Shown: positions 11,291 through 22,203 of the stretch, one piece after another
Layout: each line of letters begins with the position of its first letter
Position numbering within the stretch: position 1 is the first letter of the stretch
Source: Naegleria gruberi
Taxonomy: Eukaryota
Length of the DNA: 64,000 bases
NCBI GenBank assembly: GCA_000004985.1
Contig: GG738852.1
Direction: 5' to 3' (one strand)
The notes under the pieces: model-generated
Told to the model about the DNA's origin: nothing
Database searches by the model: none
What the model saw: the letters and a program-made list of their open reading frames with translations, nothing else
Program-made: the position numbers and the translations under genes

Positions 11291-13258
11291 ATGTCGAAAC
11301 ACAATTTGCTACTGTTATTACTATTAATACTGCTATTTATCCATGTCTATCACAGTGACTTGGTTACATGTCAAAGCAGTATCGATGTCAAGTATAAAAT
11401 AACAACTTTAGTGAGTGGAATTTCAGCTGATGGTAGAATTGACCAAGGATTAAATGGCGATATTTACTTTACTGAAAAAGTTGATAATTACATATCCAAG
11501 GCCAATATCAAAACAGGAATAGTTACACGACTCATTGGCACAGGTATTGGTGGATTCAATGGAGATGGATTATTAGCCAATTTGACACAAGTCAACTCGC
11601 CAAAAGGAGTTTCAATTTCTCAAATAAGTGGTGACATTTATTTTGCAGATTCGTCTAATAATTTGATCAGAGTAATGAATGCTGCAACGAATATTGTATC
11701 CACCATTGCTGGAACTGGTTCTTTTGGTTTCAGTGAAGGAAATGCCACATCCAGCAAGTTAAATAAGCCAACTGAACCAGTTTATTGGAATGGTCAATTG
11801 TTGTTTGCTGATTCGTTGAATTATAGAATTAGAAAGGTGGATCTTTCGAATGGAATGATTTCTACCTTGACAGGAACTGGAATTTCTGAATTTAATGGTG
11901 ATGGATTGGCATTGATTGTTTCAATTACTGAAATTCAGGCATTGACAGCAACTTTGAATGGAGATTTATATTTTGCAGATTCGGATAGTTTTAGAATTAG
12001 AAAATATATTCAATCGACAAAATCTGTAATTACATTGGTTGGCTCCACCAATAATTATAGAGATGGATTGGTCAACCAATCACTTTTGAGTTATCCAGAA
12101 GGTGTTTCAGTAGCTTCAAATGGAGATGTCATATTTAGTGATAATTCTAATCATGTTATTCGAAAGATTTCCATTTCTAAGGGTATGGTATCAACCATTG
12201 CAGGTACTGGAAGTGCAGGAGCTGCAATTGACAATGTGGATGCTACCAATTCTCCAATGCAGTTTCCTTCAGGTGTTTTGGTCAACTCACAAGGAATTAT
12301 TTATGTGAATGATAATGATAATAATCGAATTAGAGTATTGACACCGTATTGCAGTGATTCGAATTATGAATTGATTGATGGAGTTGTTTGTAGAATGAAA
12401 AATTGTTTTGGAATTGCAATTAATGAGTCAACTGTGTGTTCTGGACATGGAAAATGTAATTCGGATAATAATTGCACGTGTTCTTTTGGATATTCTGGTA
12501 ATGATTGCTCAATATTGGATGCGTGCTCACTTTTTACTAGTAATTATGCATGCTCATCAAGTTTTAACACGAGTGAGACTAAATTGCTTACAGTTTCGAA
12601 TATTACACAACTAGATTCGTCGATTATTCAATTTTCATCCACTAGTTCAATTTCAATTTCACTTCCTTCCTCAATTTCACAATATTTACAAGCCACAGAT
12701 ACAAACTTATCCAATGAAACCATTTCAGTACTGAGTTTACTTTCTGCTAACAATGCCAAAGATTCCAACTTGGTTTCTCCAATAGTTTCGTTAACTTTAT
12801 ACAAATCCAGCACAAAATCTGAAATCCAAATTCAAAATCTCAAAGATCCAATTTCAATCCAATTCCAAATCAACACAACTGTACCATCCATCTCATCATT
12901 GAATATCACATGCTCGTATTTCAATGAAATTCAAAAACTTTGGATTTCAGATTCGACCATCAAAACAATAATTTCCAAAATTGATACAATTAACACTCTC
13001 TCAGATGGAAATGTAACAATTTCTGTTTCATTGAATTGTGAAACGAGTCACTTGACTTCATTTGGAATAATCGATCAGAATTATAAGAAAGCAAATAAGG
13101 AATCTCAAACCAAAGATGATTCAGTCATGTTACAAGATAATACTACTGTATTAATTGCTGCAATTGTTGGAAGTGTTGGTGGATGTTGTGTTTTGGTAAC
13201 TATTCTCGTGATCATTATTTCAGTTATCATTCTATTAAGAAGAAGACATAAACATTAA
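11291..13258 (+). CDS. Type-I membrane protein: signal peptide, 5–6 NHL repeats (beta-propeller), EGF-like module, S/T-rich stalk, GPS-like motif, TM, short basic tail
   Basis: NHL repeats: YFADSSNNLIRV, LFADSLNYRIRKV, YFADSDSFRIRKY, IFSDNSNHVIRKI, YVNDNDNNRIRVL. EGF: CSGHGKCNSDNNCTCSFGYSGNDC. GPS/GAIN-type motif: CETSHLTSFGII immediately upstream of the TM (LIAAIVGSVGGCCVLVTILVIIISVIILL), followed by RRRHKH. Confidence 0.7.
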   Translation: MSKHNLLLLLLLILLFIHVYHSDLVTCQSSIDVKYKITTLVSGISADGRIDQGLNGDIYFTEKVDNYISKANIKTGIVTRLIGTGIGGFNGDGLLANLTQVNSPKGVSISQISGDIYFADSSNNLIRVMNAATNIVSTIAGTGSFGFSEGNATSSKLNKPTEPVYWNGQLLFADSLNYRIRKVDLSNGMISTLTGTGISEFNGDGLALIVSITEIQALTATLNGDLYFADSDSFRIRKYIQSTKSVITLVGSTNNYRDGLVNQSLLSYPEGVSVASNGDVIFSDNSNHVIRKISISKGMVSTIAGTGSAGAAIDNVDATNSPMQFPSGVLVNSQGIIYVNDNDNNRIRVLTPYCSDSNYELIDGVVCRMKNCFGIAINESTVCSGHGKCNSDNNCTCSFGYSGNDCSILDACSLFTSNYACSSSFNTSETKLLTVSNITQLDSSIIQFSSTSSISISLPSSISQYLQATDTNLSNETISVLSLLSANNAKDSNLVSPIVSLTLYKSSTKSEIQIQNLKDPISIQFQINTTVPSISSLNITCSYFNEIQKLWISDSTIKTIISKIDTINTLSDGNVTISVSLNCETSHLTSFGIIDQNYKKANKESQTKDDSVMLQDNTTVLIAAIVGSVGGCCVLVTILVIIISVIILLRRRHKH

Positions 13259-13302
13259 ATCTTAAATTCATTACAAAACGAAATTCTGGTTGACTTGGAA
13301 AA

Positions 13303-13743
13303 TTATTTACTTGGAATGAATTTCAATATCATTCCAAGCATATATCCTGCACTGTAAACAGCTCCCTTAATTATTGAAAAAACAATATGAAAAGCCGTTG
13401 GGGAAAAGTACCACAAGGCACAGGAAGCAATTACAAAAGCAGCTATTCCTAATTTGAATGAAAGTGGAATTGATTTTGGTGGAGAGGAAGAAGAATCGTC
13501 TGTTTCGTCTTGTTGTGGAATGTTGGAAGGAAAATTCGATTCTATTTTGTCATTGACATACTTGTTGATATCTTGCTCGATTTTATCTGCTTGTTCATTC
13601 AATTCTTTGGAAAGTTTATCTGAAATTTGAGTCGTATCTATATTGGAAAGGTTAGAGATTCGGAACGTTTGGAAGGGATTCCTGTAATTTATCAAAGAGT
13701 GATTTTTCAGAAGGGGAAGACTCGGAATTGGCATTCTTTTCAT
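13303..13743 (-). CDS. Hypothetical tail-anchored protein (C-terminal TM)
   Basis: 146-aa ORF. Acidic coiled region, then a hydrophobic segment IAAFVIASCALWYF near the C-terminus. Upstream exons are possible but unresolved. Confidence 0.3.
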   Translation of the reverse strand: MKRMPIPSLPLLKNHSLINYRNPFQTFRISNLSNIDTTQISDKLSKELNEQADKIEQDINKYVNDKIESNFPSNIPQQDETDDSSSSPPKSIPLSFKLGIAAFVIASCALWYFSPTAFHIVFSIIKGAVYSAGYMLGMILKFIPSK

Positions 13744-14111
13744 CTAATTGTTGATTTTCATCTTTTTGCAAAGAAATCAAATTTATGTGAAAAGTTTGTT
13801 TTTGAAAGTGTTGAATTTTAAAAGAAAATAATTGTCGATGATTCGAGTGGAACATGCTGCAGGGAGGTCTAGCTCTGTGACCAATACAATGAATTGATTT
13901 TATCATTTTTTTAAAATTGATTAGTTTCTCTGAATGCAACCAATCATTTTGGAACTCCAATAACTGGAACAATGAAATGGTCTGTACAATTGTAATTAGG
14001 TGTCACCTGTTTCTTCAAGATCACTTTTCTGAATATCAGTTGAGAGCTGTGGCCACTAATGAATGAAATAATAATCTTTTTAATAATTTAATAAATTCCC
14101 TAGTTATTAAC

Positions 14112-15389
14112 CTAGAAAAGTGACTTGATGGCGTCCCAAGCTCCAGAGAAAACGTCAGAAACCTTTTCAGCAACCTTAAGGTAGGTTTCACTTTGTTGCA
14201 TCTTGAAAGCAAAGATTGAAAGTCCATACAGAGCACTCAAATGAATCAATGATCCAAAGAATAATTTTGTGGCATTGTCATAATCAACATTCTTCTTGAA
14301 AACAATGGATGGTTTGACAAGATAATACCAATTGATTGGAGTAGAAACAACAGCAAACCACCATGGAACAACTCCAAATGCAGGGAGAGCCCAACAAATT
14401 GGGAATAAGGCAAGTGAGTGAATTAATGATTGAGTTGCAGCAGCTTCTGGATTAGAAATTGAAAGCATCTTATAACCAGCTTTACCATAATCTCCTCTAC
14501 ATTTATATGAAATTGCCATAAAGTGAGAAATTTGCCACAAATACATGGATCCGAACATGAACAATCCTGTCACCAAGAGTTTTGTATTATAATCGGAAGT
14601 AGAAGGAAGTAAACCATCAAGAGGAGAAGGTTTTGGAGAAAGATGTTGTGTTAGAGAAAGTGGTAACATGGCTGCAGTGACACCCATAAGTGGAGGTAAA
14701 CTACCATTCAATGTTCCTACCCAAGTATTAATCCAATGGAGTGGTTTTGTTGGTGTATAAACACAAACATAGAGTAATAAATTAGCAAGACCAAGTAAAG
14801 CAGTCTCCTTGTTTGTATACTTGTTTAAAATATAGGTACCAGCAGCACCAGTAATAACGGCTTGAGTAATAGCATGAGTTACACTAATTTTGTTTCTTGG
14901 GAGTGGTCTATTGAATGTTCTACTCATCAATTTATCCCTCTCAATTTCAATAATTTCATTAAAACTATTAGCAGAAGCAGACTGTAAGAATGTTCCGACA
15001 CATAATCCGATCACACTTGTTGATGATGAAGATGACGCATTAATGAGTTGGAGTATCTCATCTCGTTCCGCCGAAATTAAATGGATTTTGTTTGCAGCAT
15101 AATAACCACCAGCTGCTGTGAAAACAACAAGAGCACTCAATCTAGTCTTCCACAATTCATAGTAACATCTCATATAGTGTCTGAAGGCTCCGACCTTCTT
15201 TTCCTCTATGATTGGTTTTTCAATTGGATTTTCAATAGCTGGTTCTACAATAGCAGCCTCACTTTTCTTCATTTTAATTTCGTGGAGAGATTCTTCAACT
15301 GGACAAACATCCTTTGTAGCCAATGAAAAATTAGCCTCGGAGGCTGGTGTTTCAGGCGATAAAGATTTGTTATCTTGTTGTGTTGCCAT
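14112..15389 (-). CDS. cox10: Protoheme IX farnesyltransferase (heme O synthase, COX10), UbiA family
   Basis: UbiA/COX10 signature LMSRTFNRPLPRNKI. Multi-TM throughout. N-terminal extension consistent with a mitochondrial presequence. The first real ATG gives MATQQDNK; the ORF track start at 15401 is TTG. Confidence 0.85.
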   Translation of the reverse strand: MATQQDNKSLSPETPASEANFSLATKDVCPVEESLHEIKMKKSEAAIVEPAIENPIEKPIIEEKKVGAFRHYMRCYYELWKTRLSALVVFTAAGGYYAANKIHLISAERDEILQLINASSSSSTSVIGLCVGTFLQSASANSFNEIIEIERDKLMSRTFNRPLPRNKISVTHAITQAVITGAAGTYILNKYTNKETALLGLANLLLYVCVYTPTKPLHWINTWVGTLNGSLPPLMGVTAAMLPLSLTQHLSPKPSPLDGLLPSTSDYNTKLLVTGLFMFGSMYLWQISHFMAISYKCRGDYGKAGYKMLSISNPEAAATQSLIHSLALFPICWALPAFGVVPWWFAVVSTPINWYYLVKPSIVFKKNVDYDNATKLFFGSLIHLSALYGLSIFAFKMQQSETYLKVAEKVSDVFSGAWDAIKSLF

Positions 15390-15560
15390 TTTTTTATGCA
15401 ATTTTTTTGACCTTTTTAAATTCTTTCAAGCAAATTTAGTAATTTTGGTTGCTGACTGAATTTTCATTCGTTACTACTGGATTCTTCTGAAATGGCGTCA
15501 TTAATAATGATTGTTTCGAATTATGCTTCAGTCAATTAAAATAATCAACATTTAGAGGCT

Positions 15561-17428
15561 TTATTCTTTGGATTGATCGGCTAGATCAGGAAGTTTGTGT
15601 GTTTCTACTTGATTGGAGAGTGGCGAAATTATTTCAAATGAAAAATCAACAGGGAATGAATGTGGATTGAAACAGGTACAACCTTCGACTTTTGTATTGA
15701 ATGGTTGGCATCTATCGGCTAGAATGAGTGAATGTGGAGATGGGAATAGACTCAATGAGTGATCTTGTTCCCAGAATACAGGTTGTAAATGCATGGCGAA
15801 GGGACTCAAATGAGATTGTGCAAGAACTGTTTCACACATCTATTTTTTTCAATATTAATAAAAAGAAAGAATTGTAAACTTACTGATTGATAAATTTGAG
15901 TTTCCTCCTTGTGTTCTATCACAGTGTGTCTTCTCATTTGTTGTTGTAAATCTTGTCTGAATACAACAAGCTCTTGAGTGTAGAACCGTATTCTGCATGG
16001 ATTTGTGGCAAAGAAGCTGTTTGGAATTCTTGATTTAAAGGTTCTGCTGATACTATCTAAAATTGGAGATCTTGGAAGTACGCCATTTGGAGAGAATGTT
16101 GGATCATTTGGACCTGGTACAAATACAAACGTTGGAGCATTTTCATTTTCTTTGGAATTGTAAATGAAATTAGGGAATCGTTCTTCAATCATCTTGGCAA
16201 GCTTTTCAAAATTCTTTTGATATAAAACACGATCAGAGGTTGTTGAACTAGAGGAGGAAGAGGAATAGAATTGGAATGGTCTAGATATGAAATTACCAAT
16301 AAATAAAAACATTGCTGGCATCAATTCGTATGAGTCCTCAGAAGTTCTATTGTGTTGATTCCACTTGATATATTCAAATAAGAGAGCTAGCTTTTCAAAT
16401 ACTAAAGGCTTATCAAGGCAAACATCTGAAACAACCACAATGAAGGCATTCTTGTTGATATCTTCCTTATTTTTGAGCTCTTTTAACTTTTCTGGTGAAG
16501 ATGAACCAAACATGTCCAACATGCTGCTTCTTCCCACAGATAAGAATCTTTCACTATCATCTCTATCTTCACAAGTTGGTAAAACAATAGCAGATGCTTT
16601 GAATACCTTTGTCACACTATCATAAACACCTGAAGCAATAACAAAAGATCCTTCCAAAATCGTTCCTCTATTATTAGTTGTCTATTTCAGCGTTCAATGA
16701 TTCAAATAAAATTGATGAGAAACTTACTGACTCAGAAATATCAACCTGTGTGACACCATTCAAATCTTCAATTTGATAAATGTCTGCAGACTTTCTTGTA
16801 ATTAATCCCATAATATATTTTGATCCTCTACTTCCTAAAAGTGAATCAATACTAGTTAAAGAGATTGCATTAGGGTCTGTTGGATTGAATTGTTTTCCTC
16901 TCATTACTTTTTGATAAATCATTTTATATCTGTCACGGAATACTTCAACCTTTTGTTGAACCTCTGAGAAGAAGGTAGTATCTCTTTGTTCAGGTTCAAA
17001 AACCTTTCTTGACATGTTATAGGAATAGAATGGTTTATCCTCAGCATTAATTATTTGAATGGCATCTCTGTGTCCAAGAACTGCTGTATTATCATCCACT
17101 AAATCATCTGATGTATCCATTCTCTTGGATTGGAACTCTTTTAATTTCTCTTCTATTAATTCGCCCGATAAATTTTTATCTATTCATCACACAATTGTAG
17201 CATCACATATTATTATTCAATAATCGGGATCATTCCACACAATCACTCACCTTTAACATTCTTATCCTGCAAAAATTTAAAAAATTCTGGTAAAAATTCA
17301 TTGATTTCATCCTTGCTCATTAATTTATTTACACAATAATCAGGAAGTGCCGAATTTGACAAGGTAAATTGGTACTTTTTAGCTGCCGTCACGCAGAGCT
17401 TTGATGCGATGGCTTTATTTGCACTCAT
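15561..17428 (-). CDS. pole2: DNA polymerase epsilon subunit B (POLE2/Dpb2). Exons approx 17428..17251, 17179..~16680, ~16660..~15900, ~15840..15561
   Basis: Hallmark motifs: FVFVPGPNDP, NPCRIRFYTQELVVFRQDL, the C-terminal CTCFNPHSFPVDFSF, and the N-terminal helical domain (MSANKAIASKL..). The first intron (GTGAGT donor, 17180..17250) checks in phase. The internal junctions near 16670 and 15850 are not cleanly resolved (see findings). Confidence 0.8.
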
Positions 17429-17922
17429 TTTTTTTTAAATTAATTAATTTGAATCACTTTTGGCGGGAAGAATTTTTGGAGGGAAATTCAGATCGAAAGA
17501 AAATATGAGAAACAAGTTGATTTCCTTCACAAACAACATTAAGATTTTACAATTCAAATAATTTTTATTACAAAAATTCTTTTAAAGTTAAACTCAAAAC
17601 CACTGTTTATCCAAAAATTTAAATGGCAACTCTCCTTTCCTTCTTCATGTGAATCAACAACAGAATATATTGACTTGAGAAAATCCAAGAGATTATAATG
17701 AATATGCACTCCTCACCATCAACAACCACCAACAGCTACACTTCACATGAACAGTAAGAGTCTAGGCCACATTTTCGTTGTGGGTTTTCCGCAAAATTAT
17801 GCGCTCCTCATCCTAGAGGGCAAACACTTCTACTTTTGAAACAAAACTAACACATTGTTATCAATCACAAGCTCCTTTGTGCTCACAAATCACCATCACC
17901 ATCATTATAATATCGAAAAAAA
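17429..17922. promoter_or_regulatory. Divergent intergenic region between pole2 (minus) and the DEP-domain gene (plus); presumed bidirectional promoter
   Basis: ~490 bp with no ORF. AT-rich blocks flank both start codons. The call is positional only. Confidence 0.3.
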
Positions 17923-20139
17923 ATGTTTCTTCGTCGTATGATTAATGCCATCTCACAATCATCAGAGTCTGGCAAATCTGATAATTCGGCCTATGCTCTC
18001 AATATTGACCATATGGAAATACCTATAGAGGAGTGGAGTCATAAAGTGGTCACATGTTTTTTGTATAAGGAACAATTTTTCGAATTAATTCCCAAAGTTA
18101 CGAAACTGAAATATGAAGGTGTTGATTTTCTGACAAAAAACAAGGAACAATTGACTGCCGAGTTGAAAGTACATGAAGACGAAATTACTGAGTTGATGGC
18201 TAGAATCGAAAGTGTAAAAGTGAAACAAAAGTATTATTCGAAGGCTAATAGATTGACACTTTCAGAGACAGATACAGCAGATATTAATTCTCAACCAGCA
18301 GTTGGAGACCCATCATCGCCAAACAATACTTCAAACGGAATTGCCATCAAAAACAAACCAATCGATTCAACAAGAAATATGTCAGGCTCGCCGAGTGCAC
18401 AAACTTTATCTGCATCACCAATGAATGGAAGTAGAGTTCCTCCACCTGGCCTCACTGAATTGGATAGACAGAGGAGAGGCACTGGGTTGGAGAGGGGCAA
18501 ACTTCCAAGCTCTCCAACAGGAGCAACCTCTCCTTCGAGCTCATCAATTTCACCACCAGCATCATCATCAGGAGAAGCACATTTAAATATTAGTAATATT
18601 CAACTTTTGAAAATTGTGGAATCATTTAAGAGACAACTCAAGGAAAATGATCTTCTCGCAGAAAGATCATACCGACTCAATAAGTATAAGAATACATTTA
18701 CTGGAAGCGATGCAACCACATTATTGCATAAATTGATGAGAGATGTGGCAAAATCTGCAACGAGATTCGATGCCATTGATTTGGGAAATGCAATGATAAG
18801 AGATGGATTCATAAAACATGTTGCCGAAGATGAAGACTTTAAAGATGAGCCAGGTCAATTGTACTTTATTTCCGACGATCCTAGAGCAAGAGACAGTTTG
18901 AACTTGAATAATAAGAAGGGAAGTTCTGCATTCTTTGCCGAAGAGGACAGATCCATCACCAAAGATATAATGACACCTGCAGCTACTGATTTAATTTATA
19001 GAGGTGATTGTGCCTCCAAGATGATTGTACTGATTAAGAATACAGACACTTTGCTCGAGTCTTTAATTTTCCAAGCAGGAATGCTCAATGATAAGGAGAA
19101 GAAGACATTGGAAGCCGTTACTAAAAAGCTCAAAAACTTGAACTATCCTGTCCCAGAGGTTCAAATTAGTTTGGTAGCTCAAGATTTGAGTTTGTCAGAG
19201 AGATACTTGTACAGTTATTTGAATCCAAACAGAATTCCAAGAGCTAAGAAGACTCTTTTGCAAGAAAAATCATGTGGAAAACAATTTATGGATATTGGAT
19301 TGGCCTTGACATGTACAGAAGGATTGGCTGGAGAATTTTACACTTTCGCATTAATTGTAGGAACATTTATTGTGGAATTTTCGGATAGATGTCATTTGGC
19401 ATTGGTAAGAGAAAAGGATTCGAGCTTTGTCAACTTTTTCCATATCACAACTATCAATGATAAGGAAAATATCGAATTGTGCTTAAAAACAGTTAGTAAG
19501 TGCTGTGTAAAGTGGAATGAAAAACCAGTTGCAAAGAATATCAACTCTAAAACTTTTGTAACTGAACTTTTCAGATGGATTGACATTCCTGAAAGTGTGA
19601 TTGAAACTGTTGCCTCAGATATGGACTTTATATCAAACTATCCAATCAACTCAAAATCACTCTTCTTACAAAAGGGACAACTGGAAGAAATTTACAAAGT
19701 ATCCGAGACTGTAGAAATTACTTCATCACTTCAAACACTTCTCAGTCAAATTACCAATCAAACCATTACATTCTACAAACATTCTGATTTGGCTGAATTC
19801 TACTTGATTGCATCCCACCTTTTGAATCCTGTTCAAAAACTTCTCATTTCCTCCTTTGCCAAGACATTTATGAGACAATTCAATGAGGGTATTAATTTAC
19901 CAAACTCTGAACCAATGTCCTACAAGGCAGCAAAGAAAATAACCAAAGAGAGATTATGTAAAATAGATGATGTTTTTACATGCCCATTTAAAGGTCATGG
20001 AATTTGCACAAAGAATGTAAAATATCCAAAAGCTGCAAATAGTGAAAACGAAACTCCAGTCCAATCTGAAAGCTCTCCTTCCGATTCTCTGACCTACCAA
20101 TACTTCCCTTGTAACATTTCATTACCTACCAGACAATAG
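17923..20139 (+). CDS. DEP-domain protein with S/P-rich linker and a large uncharacterised C-terminal region
   Basis: DEP domain: RSYRLNKYKNTFTGSDATTLLHKLMRDVAKSATRFDAIDLGNAMIRDGFIKHVAEDEDFKDEPGQLYFI. N-terminal SAM-like helical bundle. Single continuous 738-aa ORF with a real ATG. Confidence 0.65.
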   Translation: MFLRRMINAISQSSESGKSDNSAYALNIDHMEIPIEEWSHKVVTCFLYKEQFFELIPKVTKLKYEGVDFLTKNKEQLTAELKVHEDEITELMARIESVKVKQKYYSKANRLTLSETDTADINSQPAVGDPSSPNNTSNGIAIKNKPIDSTRNMSGSPSAQTLSASPMNGSRVPPPGLTELDRQRRGTGLERGKLPSSPTGATSPSSSSISPPASSSGEAHLNISNIQLLKIVESFKRQLKENDLLAERSYRLNKYKNTFTGSDATTLLHKLMRDVAKSATRFDAIDLGNAMIRDGFIKHVAEDEDFKDEPGQLYFISDDPRARDSLNLNNKKGSSAFFAEEDRSITKDIMTPAATDLIYRGDCASKMIVLIKNTDTLLESLIFQAGMLNDKEKKTLEAVTKKLKNLNYPVPEVQISLVAQDLSLSERYLYSYLNPNRIPRAKKTLLQEKSCGKQFMDIGLALTCTEGLAGEFYTFALIVGTFIVEFSDRCHLALVREKDSSFVNFFHITTINDKENIELCLKTVSKCCVKWNEKPVAKNINSKTFVTELFRWIDIPESVIETVASDMDFISNYPINSKSLFLQKGQLEEIYKVSETVEITSSLQTLLSQITNQTITFYKHSDLAEFYLIASHLLNPVQKLLISSFAKTFMRQFNEGINLPNSEPMSYKAAKKITKERLCKIDDVFTCPFKGHGICTKNVKYPKAANSENETPVQSESSPSDSLTYQYFPCNISLPTRQ

Positions 20140-20565
20140 TCAACCCATTTTGCCACCTTAATTTCCAATTTTGATTAAAAATAATTCTCTGTTCAATTGG
20201 AATGTTGCTATTATTCACACAAAATACAATACAATATTGAGCGAATTCAATTATCCAGCTATTGAGAATATTCCAGTATCATCAGCCAAGTATCAACGAC
20301 CTATAGAACTACTTAATACCCAGCTGTTTTTCTGATATTATCCAGATGTCGATACTTCCAAACAAGAACCAGAGAATATTCTAACATCCACACTCAGCAC
20401 TACACCCCAACAATGTTTGGCATTAATTCCTTGTTTATCTTGCGCTTGATGGTTTACAGATTGACTTGTTTGGTCTCGAGCGTTTAAAAGTGGAGCTTCT
20501 GAAAAAAACGAATCAAAAAAAAAATAACTTTAATTCTCTCCCTATTTAATAATAATAATAACAAA

Positions 20566-21737
20566 ATGAAGATTGCTGTTTTCAGTGCCAAGCCATACGA
20601 TGAAGAATACATGACCAAGACTAATGAAGTTTTGGGTCAAGGAAAGCACGAAATTAAATATATCAAGTCTCCTCTTGATGAAGCTCACGTTCCATTGGCT
20701 CAAGGCTGTGATGCTGTCTGTGTCTTTGTTAATGATCCTGTTACTGAAGTTGTTGTTGATGCTCTTGCATCATATGGAATCAAGTTGATTTTGTGTAGAT
20801 GTGCGTAAGTATCTTTTCCGAATCTATTGGATTAATAGTTCAATTTTGTATTCAAAATATCTTTCTTCCATATTTGATATTATTAATGTTTTATACAAAA
20901 CTATCTAATACAAAAAATCTAATACAACAACAACAACAACAACAATAACAACGAAACAGTGGATACAATAATGTTAATCTTGCTGCTTGTAAGAAACACG
21001 GAATTACAGTTGCTCGTGTTCCAAAATATTCACCATATGCCACTGCTGAACATTCTGTTGCCTTGATGATGACTCTCAATAGAAAGACTCATCGTGCTTA
21101 TAATCGTGTTAGAGAAGGTGATTTCAGTATTAATGGATTGATGGGATTCGATATGAATGGTAAGAAAGTTGGTGTTATCGGAACTGGTAAAATTGGATAT
21201 TTGGTCTGTAAGATCTTAAAGTGTGGATTTGGTTGTGATGTTGTTGCCTATGATGTTTACCAATCTGCTGAAGTTAAAAGCATCGGAGTTGAATATGTTG
21301 ATTTGGATACACTTTTCAGAACATGTGACATTATTTCTCTCCACTGTCCACTTTTCAATAATACCAAGTATATTATCAATGATGAAGCTTTGGAAAAGAT
21401 GAAGAAGGGTGTTATGATTATCAATGCTTCTAGAGGTGCTTTGGTTGATACTAAGGCAGTTATTAAGCATTTGAAGAATGGTAAAGTTGGATCTTTGGGT
21501 GTTGATGTTTATGAAAACGAAGCCAATACTTTCTATGAAAATCACTCATCTGATCTCTACTTGAGCGACGAATTATTGCTCCGTCTCATGTCTTTCAAGA
21601 ATGTCCTTGTTACATCTCACCAAGCTTTCTTCACACAAGAAGCCATGCAAAATATTGCTGACTCTGTTTTCCACAGTGCCACCCAATACCAAACTGAAGG
21701 TAAGGTCACTGGTGAAGAATTTGTCCCATGCGAATAA
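20566..21737 (+). CDS. ldhA: D-lactate dehydrogenase (D-isomer-specific 2-hydroxyacid dehydrogenase, LdhA-type). Exons 20566..20804, 20960..21737
   Basis: The motif LCRCA|GYNNVNLAACKKHGITVARVPKYSP is reconstituted across the GTAAGT intron. NAD-binding GVIGTGKIG. Catalytic region NASRGALVD .. HQAF. This is a textbook fermentative D-LDH. Confidence 0.85.
20921..20953 (+). repeat. (CAA)n microsatellite inside the ldhA intron
   Basis: aatacaacaacaacaacaacaacaataacaacg. About 8 perfect CAA units. Confidence 0.8.
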
Positions 21738-22203
21738 GTGCTACACACTCTAAGAAAACTGTAAATAAAAACAAATAATTATTTAATTGGTGGGCTTGCC
21801 TTAGTATCAACCTTTCTCATAAATGTCTTCTTTGGAAAGGCAATTCCAGATATTTGCAATAATTATGAGTTCAGATTGACTATTCTTTAATCTAACTGAA
21901 ATTTGAAACTGATATCGCTCAACAATCTGTTTGCTGTTTTTTCCAACAAGCTATCCTTCCTTATTTCCTTCATAATTTTGAACTGATAGTTAATATAGAC
22001 AACCGAATCGTTATTAATTTTCTTCTTTTGAGGAGCAGTACGTTGTTCTGTAACCAACACAGTGCAAAACACATTAATAAGGGAAGGAATAGAGTGTGCA
22101 AATGGTTTGAAAGAGGACAGACTGATTTGAGAAAAGTCACATATCTTGGTCATTGTAGCTGAATTTTCCCTCCTTCTCGTATTATGTTGTTACAATATAT
22201 CTT

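Noticed and set aside
13652-13972. 106-aa ORF overlapping the 5' end of the tail-anchored gene
   Set aside because: Low-complexity, no start-context support, and it overlaps another frame. It is probably 5' UTR or promoter read-through.
17700-17830. Possible tRNA or other Pol III gene in the GC-richer patch of the pole2/DEP intergenic region
   Set aside because: No cloverleaf is recognisable by eye: no GTTC-type T-loop with a complementary acceptor stem, and no A/B box spacing. It is more likely promoter sequence. A tRNAscan run would settle it.
21887-22153. 88-aa ORF in the ldhA 3' region
   Set aside because: Short, AT-rich and without motifs. Most likely 3' UTR or intergenic.
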